DNA from: Vermamoeba vermiformis
Lineage: Eukaryota
Reading direction: 5' to 3'
DNA length: 33,649 nt
NCBI GenBank assembly: GCA_045837725.1
Contig: JBEWZL010000289.1
Location: 62,001-95,649 of the forward strand
Positions 24,977 to 33,649 of the stretch are shown here, in pieces. Position numbers and translations under genes: made by a program. The stretch's first letter is position 1; each line of letters begins with the position of its first letter. Under the pieces are notes generated by a model. It saw only the letters and a program-made list of their open reading frames with translations. It made no database searches and was not told where the DNA came from.

Positions 24977-27900
24977 ATGAATGGTAATCTAACGCGCAAT
25001 AGCAGAGGTAGATCAAATCCTGTTGCCGATCTGTCCGAGGAAGCAAGTAGAAGATCCACGAACGTTAATACGGAGAAGCCAACGGAAGAAAAGGAGCCTG
25101 TATCCGAAGACGCTGGTTTGTTCAGCCCTCGGAATCCTCTGGTTCAAAACATACGAATCGCCGTGGAGCGGAAACTGTTTCAGAAAAAGGACAGCTGGGC
25201 GACTGCTCAATACAAGCCCAACTACCACACTTCTGGTCCTTGGTATATTGAGCCAAACGCTGCAGCCGATCGACTGGTGTTTCACGGGAAGCTTTTGCGT
25301 AACGTTGGTTCTGGCGTTAGTGGTGAAAAAGTGGAGAGCGACATTATGGAAAAGCACGAACTGGTCATCTGTCGCCCGGCGAAGTTCAGCAACATGTGCT
25401 ATCTGTTTGCTTGCATAGATGGCAGCTTTAAAGAGAAGGACCAGATTTTCATCAACGTCAACTCTTTTTGGGATTTGGAAAAAATCAACCCCATCATTGC
25501 TGAATGGAAGCTTGTCGAGAAAGCAGCTGATGTTTTTGAATGGGCCGGAAGCTTTCCATTACCCGAATGGGTTAACCTGTACATTCAAGCAGTTGAAGCC
25601 GGAAAGGTCACTGATTTTGGGCGAGTGGACACAGAATCACAACAACAGGCGATTAACGAGCTGCAGGAATGTATTGAGATGACGGATATGGTCGTCGACG
25701 AACAACCTGAGCCGAATCCGGTTGTTGAAAGCCAGGAGAACCAAGGAGCGGTGCAGCAACCCACAGTCGTCATTGACGACGATGAGCCCTTTGGTAATCC
25801 TAAAGAATTTCCAGTGGTTGGGGCTAAAAAGAAGCCAACAATTGTAGAAATTAAGGTAAATTTAATTGAAACTGTCCCAAGCGAGACTCGCCTGGGATGC
25901 AACAAATAATTTACAAATTTAATATTACATAAACCAAAACAATAATGAATTCATCCCGAGCGAGACTCGCCTGGGATGAGATACTCATTTCTTTTCAAAG
26001 AAAACAAAGATATAATGTAAAGTCACAATGTTGGAAAGTAATCCCGAGCGAGTCTCGTCAGGGATGAAACAATGCATACCAGGTACTGACGTTAACTTTG
26101 TAGGTTGCTGAACCAACAGCTAAGGACGAAAAGTTCGTCCGATCTTTGTTGCGGTTGGAGGACGAAGAGGCTTTGTTAGCTGTGGCCAAGACGGAAAAAG
26201 GGGCAAAGGCTCAGGAAGACTTCGAAGCGAATCTGTTGCAGAAGCAATCAAAGAAGCTGATGGATAAACAAATCAGCGATGCAGAGGCCGAAGCAAGAGC
26301 GGCTGCAGGGCTGACGAAGGAGGTCGTCGATGAACTTGCCAAGAACATCAAAGACAAATCCTACTTGCAGAAAGTCCAAGCCCACGGAGTCCAATTGTTC
26401 AACTCCGATAAGAGAGCCGGAAACTTTGACAACATACCCATCACTGTCATGAAGAAGGCCTCAAAAAATATAATGCGCGACCTTAAGCAGAATGTCGTGC
26501 AAGAGAAAGTGAAGAGCATTGGTTCGGAATGGTGGAACCAAACACCAATGGTTGGCTGCATCACGCAAACTCAATGGGACAACACAAAAGATTACTTTCT
26601 GTCTCATCTCTCAGGCAAGCCAATGGCTCACAAGCCAGCCTTCAATGATTTGGTCGAGACTTTGGATGGCCAGCACAGACTACATGCTGCTGCGATCTTG
26701 GTTCAGCAGAAGAAGATTAAGAATCCAACAATGAGCTTGATCTTGTTTGTTGGATTGACTGAAGAAGAGAAGAGGGTCATTGCTCTATGGTATAACGAAG
26801 TCCAAAAGAGCATGGCCCAAATCACGCTTGTAGATCTCTTAAAACAAATGAGAGAGGCCTGGTTGGATCTTCTGTTTGGCGAAAAGAAGCTGAGCCCTGT
26901 TGATGCAGAAGTTCAGATCATTGCCAAGTACCATCCGCAAATAATGGAGATGACGCGAGGAACGACTGCCAAGAAGTTGAAGGAGGTTATTGACACTGTA
27001 GATGTTAGCCTGAAGCCAAAAACAAAAGGCAAGAAGAAAGATGCACAAGAAGAGGAAAAAGAAACAGAAGATGAAAAACGGACTACCCGAAACACTGTTT
27101 TTGCAACAGCCTTGGTTGGTAACCACAACAAACTTCGAGGTGCTTACCAAGTTGTTCCCGGTTGGCCTACTTTTGTTTGGGTTCTTTGGTACACTTACTT
27201 GAAGGATCAAGAAACTCGATCACCCCTTTCTGTGCATCACTATTCTGAACTGAGTGGTATGTCCATGAGAAGACGTCACATTGCCATGGCATACGCTGCA
27301 GTAAACAAACTCAGCCCCAGCAGTTTCCGTGCTTTGTGTCGCTACCTCAAAGGCCGAGAGTTTGTCATTAAATTCTTGAAGGAGACGGTTGTCCCTACCA
27401 TTGCCGAAATAAGGAAGGATAATGCGCAATACAACACCCCTCTTGTGCTTAAAGCTCAAGATTACTGGCTTAACCAGGCTCAAGTTGGCAACTTGCTTCC
27501 TATTCTCAGCATCACCGGTGGCAACCTCCGACAGCCTAAGCTTCGCTCCCCCGATCAGTAAGTGGAGGTCCCAAAGACTTGCAACAAATGTCCTCCGTTA
27601 CGCGCGTCATGCAGACCACAAGAGGACAAACGGTTGCAAACAAAGCCCTTGAAGTTTTAAAAGAAAAAGGAGTTTCGACTTTGGGTGACTTTGAAACGGT
27701 AAGTATTATATTCAAAATTCATCCCGAGCGAGACTCGCCAGGGATAACACTTCACTTCTTTTGTACTCAAAATATTACAACTTCAAGCAAATATTAATCA
27801 AATTCATCCCGAGCGAGACTCGCCAGGGATAAACATTTACTTAGTTGTGATTATAATTGTATCAAATTGCAACATTTTGAAAGAAAATCATCCCGAGCGA

Positions 27901-29466
27901 GACTCGCCAGGGATGAGAAATATTTTATAATAATTTGGAATAGTTGTCATTCGTATTAGCTTTTACCTTTATGAAATCATCCCGAGCGAGACTCGCACGG
28001 GACAGCGAACAATACATTCTAACAGTTTTGTTTATAAAGATGCACTTATTTATTGCCGACTGTCGAAAAGCTTTTGCGAACGAAGTGGAAGTCCAACGAT
28101 GTGTTGATATGAACGAAACTTTAATCAACTCTGGATTGGTTGCCGTTACACTGTGCTGCACGGAAACACTTTCAGACATCATTGAAACTATGGGTATTGC
28201 AAAGAAGATGTTCATCTTCCCCGTAATGCTTTACAAAGGCTATCACATGACGTCAGATAAGCCTACTGGTGGAACTGGTTTATTTGTCGTTCTGCAGTGG
28301 CATACCATGCACACCAAGCTGATCAAACTTCGGAATATTGGTTACGAGACCCTACTTCCCAATGTCGGTTTCTCGTATGAACATCAATGCTTCTTTGCCA
28401 ACAAGAATCCCTTGATCCAGAGAACAGTCAAGTCTGAGAGCATTCCTGACGAAGACAATTTGTTGACCGAGTTTATGGCATCTTTGGGGCAGTTCGTCGA
28501 ATTATCTGGTAAAAGCTGTGCCATCATCATGGGAACCATGCGCAACAATGCCATTGCTTTTGCCGGACAGGCCTTCTTGCAAAACAAAAGAAGGTGCCTG
28601 TTCCTTGATACGACTACTGACGTGGATAAAATCTTGCCAACGTCAATGGGTAGAGTTGTGCCTTTGGTTTCCTTGTTTTCGGCAAACTATTTGAAAGAAA
28701 GCGTGCTTCGTCTGGTTGAACATGACTACAAGAGCAGTTTCAAACTTCTCCCGCCAACTTCTCCCACCAGAGGCAAGCTTGCCAATTTTACCTGGTTGCA
28801 AAACTACGTCACAGCTGCAATCACTGAATCGACGATCAATTCTTGGGTTGATGAGCAAATAGAGAAAATCAGATCCAACGAATTGTACACATTGTTGTTT
28901 GAATGGGAACATGAACTTGTTCGTAAATACAACATCGACAAGCTTGCAGATGCCAAAGAGCCCAAGAGTCCTGTAAGTCATCCCAGGCGAGACTCGCTCG
29001 GGATGGAATTGTATGAAATTACCCTTTTCACTTACAATTATTACAGGAAATGCTTGAATGGTACAAAGAGATGAAGAAGAATGATATCTTTTACCAAGAC
29101 ACTCATGAATTCGACTTGGTTCACAAAACTTGGGCGGAGCTTGAAGCTGACTTTTACAAGGAGAAGGAAGCCAAAACTCCAAAGAAGGGTCAAAAAAGAA
29201 AAAGAGAAGAGGAAGAAGAAGAAGATGAAGAAGAAGAAGAAGAAGAGCAAGAGGAAGAGGAGATTGAAGAAGAGGAAGAAAACGAAGGTGATGGCGAAAA
29301 GACTAAAAAGACCAAGTCGAAGAAGACAAAGAAGAGAACGCAACCCAAAAGAAAGAAGAGAAAAGTTGCAGGAATTGTTGAAGAGGAGGTTGAGCCTGAG
29401 AACAACAATAATAACAACAACAACAACAATGATGACGATGACTTTCAAACTCCAAAAAAAAAGTAA
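24977..29466 (+). CDS. Spliced ParB/Srx-fold (DGQHR-motif) protein with possible degenerate amino-methyltransferase-like domain and acidic/basic tail; one frameshift; possible extra exon to 29785
   Basis: Exons ~24977-25856, 26104-27698, 28040-28972 and 29047-29462/6 join via GT-AG introns in phase 0. TPMVG...ETLDGQHRLHAA...LILFVGLTEEEKRVIALWYNEVQ...ITLVD matches the ParB N-terminal domain. Frameshift at the C5 run 27548-27552. True start uncertain. Confidence 0.8.
29195..29441 (+). repeat. Coding low-complexity GAA/GAG and AAC/AAT tracts (poly-E, K-rich NLS-like segment, poly-N)
   Basis: EEEEEEDEEEEEEEQEEEEIEEEEE, KKRTQPKRKKRK and NNNNNNNNNNDDDD in ORF 29050-29466. Confidence 0.85.
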
Positions 29467-29913
29467 GTAAAGTATTTTTATCCATGACGAGACTCGCTTG
29501 GGATGGAATTGTCATCCCTGGCGAGTCTCGCTCGGGATGAACTTGTAATCCCTGGCGAGTCTCGCTTGGGATAAAAGTTGTAAACATTTGCTAATTATTT
29601 TTCTATTTTAATAGGTAAGTCCAGAGTCATCGCAAGCAACTCAAATCATTTCTTTTGATTTGTTTGCCTCTTCTTCAGCTTCATTTTCATCACCGCCTTT
29701 GTCTCCCCCAATCATCTATAATCCTATGCCTGTTGTTGACCCAAATTTATTGGATGATAGTTGGTTCCAGGCTGATAGTTTTTAATGTCGCAAATAAAAA
29801 TGTTTTCCTTATAACTTTTTTTGTTTAAGTATATTTAACCCCCCCATGTTTTCGTTGGAAATAAATGAAAATGGTTTGTTGCTTTATTTTTTTAGTTTGT
29901 ATTATTTTACACA

Positions 29914-30285
29914 ATGGATTACAACAACAGTGACTATTTCAACACTCGTAATCATGCTGTTGATGATTCGATGGATTGTAATCAAAATAATAATGATAAT
30001 TTAGTTGCCCCCCAAGAAGAACCAGCCCAAGAAATTGAAAGTCATGAAGAGGAAATCAGTGACATAGGCTGGGATCAATTTAATTCATTTGTTTTGGATC
30101 AAGCAAAAGATCACCCTGACCTAATTAATCAAATGGTACAAAGAAAATTGAAGCATGTGCCATTTGAAGAAGAACATGTCAACCCTACCTCTGTCAAGTT
30201 GGACATTGATGGACTTTGCATTGTGTCTTTGCCTGGTTGTATGCTTAGTTTTATTATATATAGCCTTAGGAGTAGGCTGGCTTAG
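29914..30285 (+). CDS. Hypothetical acidic protein (first exon or fragment)
   Basis: ATG in acaATGg context after a T-rich leader; 123-aa ORF with protein-like composition; possible donor near 30239; no family recognised. Confidence 0.45.
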   Translation: MDYNNSDYFNTRNHAVDDSMDCNQNNNDNLVAPQEEPAQEIESHEEEISDIGWDQFNSFVLDQAKDHPDLINQMVQRKLKHVPFEEEHVNPTSVKLDIDGLCIVSLPGCMLSFIIYSLRSRLA

Positions 30286-31443
30286 GCTTATAGGCTTTTG
30301 ACATTAAATGATGAAACTTGCCGTGTAATGCGTATACAAAATAAAGAAGTATATACAAAATTAAAGTTTGATTGCTTACGGGTTCCTTGCATGCTTTTTG
30401 AAAGACATCAATAGGAAATACCTATTAATATACTTGTATTGTGTTGTGCTTCATCCTACAAGTTGTTGGCTGGTCTTCACGGGAAAAGAGTGAATGTGTA
30501 TACGAAACCCGTAATGTATATATAAAAGTGCACTTTTGTCTTTAGGACTTGGGAAGAGAATTTGATTTAATTTTTAAGCATATATTAGAAGAAAATTATC
30601 AATGAAACACTGAGGAGAGTTTACAGTACTAAAGAGACGTTTATTTTTAAATCACATGTACATTTTGTAAATTGTATATACAAATTATTTTGGTATATAC
30701 ATTCCGTAGATTGTGTATACAAAACGGTGTCCCGTTCTAAGTGCGGCCCTTGGCAGGAATTATTGATGAATGCATTAATTCCGCGCACTGCTAACGCTGT
30801 TAGTAATATACACTGCACCCAAACCCTTCGACTTACCTTGTTGCAACAGAGGGTTTGCTCATCACCCTCTAGCAAACCCACGATGCACACTGCTTTCAAA
30901 CCCTCGCAAACCTCGTAGCTCGCGTGTTACGACCTAAACTAACCCTTCGGAGGTTTGGAAAATGTAAGGTTTTACCTACCGAAATATTCCCTTCGCGACT
31001 TTTTGGAATGTGGCGACAGCTGAGCGTCAACAGGCCAGGCTTGATTTCGAAGCATGCTACACTTGAATTTACGCCGCATAGTGCGTCACTTAAGTGCGTA
31101 AAACCTGCATCCAAAACAGAAAATTATTCGTAGTTGTAAGTCGTTCGTTAGTCTTACGCGCTATTAACGATGTTAAGCGGGCAGATCCATTTAATAATAA
31201 AAAATTATTCAAGAAGTGAAGTTGAAACAAAAAATAGTTTATTGACGTCAGTATGTCAGACTGCCAGTCACGAATTAAAGTACCTTATAATCCGTTTCCG
31301 AGACAGCTTTGTGCAGTACATCGACATTTAATTGGTTTGTTCCAACGAGCTCTGGTTGTCGAGGCTTTGACACGGTAACAAAATAACTAGGAAAAAAATT
31401 TAGTTTTTTAACTTCAAACAGCAAAACACGACCACAAACCAAC

Positions 31444-31737
31444 ATGGAGTGGAACCCAGTAATTTACCCTACCTGCAGTTGCATCAGAGTTTGCGTTACC
31501 GACGCTGAAAACCGCAAGTACGTACGACTCTCTGTTGAAGAGGCAAGACCATTAGTTCAACTTGTGCCAGCAACTGCACTTGACCAAGTGATCTACGAGG
31601 CATGGGCTATAACAAAAGCCGGAAAAGTCTGGATCCGAGCTGAGCTACACAAAGAAGCTCCTGTAGTCTCCCATGTCCTTCCATGGAACAGCGATCTCTT
31701 TTGCAACGTCATTGTATTCTCTACTTTATTTGAATAA
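31444..31737 (+). CDS. Hypothetical small protein
   Basis: 97-aa ATG-initiated ORF with higher GC than its flanks; the stop overlaps AATAAA; no family recognised. Confidence 0.4.
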   Translation: MEWNPVIYPTCSCIRVCVTDAENRKYVRLSVEEARPLVQLVPATALDQVIYEAWAITKAGKVWIRAELHKEAPVVSHVLPWNSDLFCNVIVFSTLFE

Positions 31738-32247
31738 ATCAATTTTCTAATTTCTTTAAATTGCGTGGCCCATTTTTCGTGTATATATGTTCTGTGCATA
31801 CAATACAAAGTATACACCGAAATTATTGCTGGATCGGATCTGAGACAAGAAGTGGTTGGTCTACATATAAATCATCTCAAAATGTAATTAAGAAACGAGG
31901 AAATGTATTATATAATTAATACATAGAATGATTAAAATATAAAATTTTGAATTATTTGCGAGCTTCTCAGAATATCCTTTCGACGGTTTAAAGTCTCGTA
32001 TCGTGACCGTAATTACAAGTTCATCTTTTGCTCTACCTCTGAAGAATGTCCTCCCAATCAATTCGGATTTATTGGATCCATTTCGTCATAACAGTCCTCG
32101 GTGATATCTGACGTATCGTTGTAATACGGTCCTGTGATAGTGGAGACGTTGAACCATTTCGTGCGTATAATCTAGGCATTCGTATTTATCGGGTTCAACA
32201 TTTTGTATACCAGAAATTTAGTGTACACAGTATTCTGTGCGCACGAT

Positions 32248-33089
32248 TTATTTGGCGGGTTTAAAGGAGTTCCAATCAGTACAAAATACAATCGATTGCC
32301 TATCTCCCTCAACGACAGGAAGGTTCTCGTGCAGCATCTTCTGAGATTGGAAGAAAATGATGTCGCCCTTTTCGAAGTGGATGCGGATCTTCTCGTCACG
32401 GAAGACCAAATCTCCTCCTGTGAAGTTGCCAAACGGCAGAACGCAACACAAGCCATCAGGACGGTCCATGTGGTCGTAATGAGGGCCTGTTGTTCCCCAG
32501 TTGACGACGCACATTGAAAACGACTTGCCAACCAGTCGCGGGCCCGGGGTCTCCACGTCGCAGTATTCCTGGTACAGCTTCTTGCTGGTCTGCTTGAACA
32601 ACTTGTCCACTATTCTGAACAGCTCCATGTTCAGCACGTTGTAAAAGAATCTGCCACCTTGCTTGATGCAGCAGGCCATTCCGTCGCGCGAAAGGAACTG
32701 GCGTTTACGGTAACGCCGCCAATAACCGAGATGGTAGCTTCTGGTGTTGCGGCAAGCAGGACGACCGACAGCCAGTTTGAGGGCACGAGAAGATTTCACT
32801 AAGTTGTTACAATACTTGAGAGGAATTTTCTTTTTGAAAAAACGGATGGCCACGTTGCCTTCGGCATCCCAAAAAATAAAGCTAATATTATTAAATTAAA
32901 ATAAGTATGTGAGAAATCATACTATAAAAATGCTACTTACTCGTCGTTAACTACCTGAAATTCTTTGAGGATAGGGTCATCAGCCGAGAGAGGTTGCACG
33001 TTCGGATCGAGTTTTCGCCTTGATTTTAAAATTATCTTACGCCTGAATACCTGACGGATGCGCCCGCGACGTAAGTTCTTTAGACCCAT
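32248..33089 (-). CDS. TET/JBP-like 2-oxoglutarate/Fe(II) dioxygenase, two exons, ~260 aa
   Basis: Exon 1 33089-32941 (MGLKNLRRGRIRQVFRRK...) and exon 2 32881-32248 are joined in frame by a GTAAGT..TAG intron. Motifs YHLGYW, FSMCVVNWGTTGPHYDHMD (HxD), CCVLPFGNFTGGDLVF, GDIIFFQSQKMLHENLPV (distal His, HxN) and DRQSIVF (RxS) are all intact. Confidence 0.85.
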
Positions 33090-33649
33090 GCGTACTCAAC
33101 AAAAAAACTAATGCGTGGTGGACGGTGTAAGCGAAAATAAAATTTAGCCTACACAAAATCTCTTGCGAGATACACGAAACTAACCGTTGTGCATATACAG
33201 AATGTTTTGTTTTCTGGTATGCACAGAACAATTTTTTTAACTAACGAATGAACGTAACCACCTGGCGCGGTCAGTATGTTCAAACAGTCACCCAGATCCC
33301 GGTGACGGCCTTTTTTGGTAAAATCGAAGTTAGTTTCGGTTTCTTCGTACTATCGGGGAAAAATCAATTGTAAGTAATGTACAAATGTTTCCGGCAGTGT
33401 TCCCTCTGTTTCAATGCACAGAAACCCGGAAAAAATTGCGTTCACAATTGCGCATCGGGAAGAAATTCATAAAACCTTTTTAAACTTCCCAAAACCGCAT
33501 CGTCTTTGCAAATTTACTCAAAAATATCACGTCTTACGATACAGAAAAAATAATTGGACATGAATAGGCCAAAACTAAGCCAAGTTTTATTTCGTGTACA
33601 CAAAATGTAGAAAAAACTCAAAGTTGCGAGTGATTGGCCCGTTTCCTTT

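Larger units (their letters stand above)
24861..29573. repeat. 13 dispersed copies of a 27-bp dyad CATCCC-NN-GCGAG-W-CTCGC-NN-GGGATG
   Basis: Copies start at 24861, 24940, 25873, 25952, 26040, 27720, 27805, 27889, 27978, 28979, 29479, 29513 and 29547. All lie upstream of, or within predicted introns of, the ParB-like gene. Confidence 0.95.

Noticed and set aside
26146-27561. Bacterial DndB/phosphorothioation operon or bacterial contamination
   Set aside because: The gene has spliceosomal introns and a eukaryotic low-complexity tail, and no dnd or parA genes are present.
27720-28004. CRISPR array (27-bp palindromic repeats with unique 57-62-nt spacers)
   Set aside because: Eukaryotic intron context, no cas genes, copies split among several introns and in both orientations, and spacers are AT-rich intron-like sequence.
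27944-28039. N-terminal extension of ORF 27944-29074 and recurring HPERDSPG peptides
   Set aside because: These are translations of intronic 27-bp dyads; splice signals place them outside the exons.
29041-29470. Hydrophobic minus-strand ORFs and the K/R-rich alternative frame
   Set aside because: Artefacts of the GAA-rich poly-Glu tract.
32172-32531. Overlapping ORFs 32172-32531 (-) and 32203-32517 (+)
   Set aside because: Alternative frames of the dioxygenase exon, with no motifs of their own.

Overview
Intron-rich eukaryotic DNA (short GT-AG introns; gene content suggests an amoebozoan-type protist, which is inference). The left ~21.5 kb holds six host genes: a PA-like/multi-pass membrane protein, a Zn2Cys6 transcription factor, a secreted protein ending in a Frizzled-CRD-like domain and probable GPI signal, a giant Sib/integrin-beta-like surface protein fused in frame to a cytoplasmic SBP56/methanethiol-oxidase domain with several His motifs changed to Arg, a GH27 alpha-galactosidase, and an F-box/HEAT protein. 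From ~22.3 kb the character changes to what looks like part of a large mobile or accessory element. It contains a 50-bp palindromic tandem array split by a 1714-bp CACTG-TIR insertion, a spliced ParB-like (DGQHR) gene with a possible dead amino-methyltransferase fold, 13 copies of a 27-bp dyad confined to that gene's upstream region and introns, and a TET/JBP-like 2OG-Fe(II) dioxygenase. The best candidates for undescribed systems are (1) ParB plus intronic parS-like dyads plus TET/JBP and (2) the receptor-pseudo-SBP56 fusion. All domain calls come from manual motif reading, not database searches.
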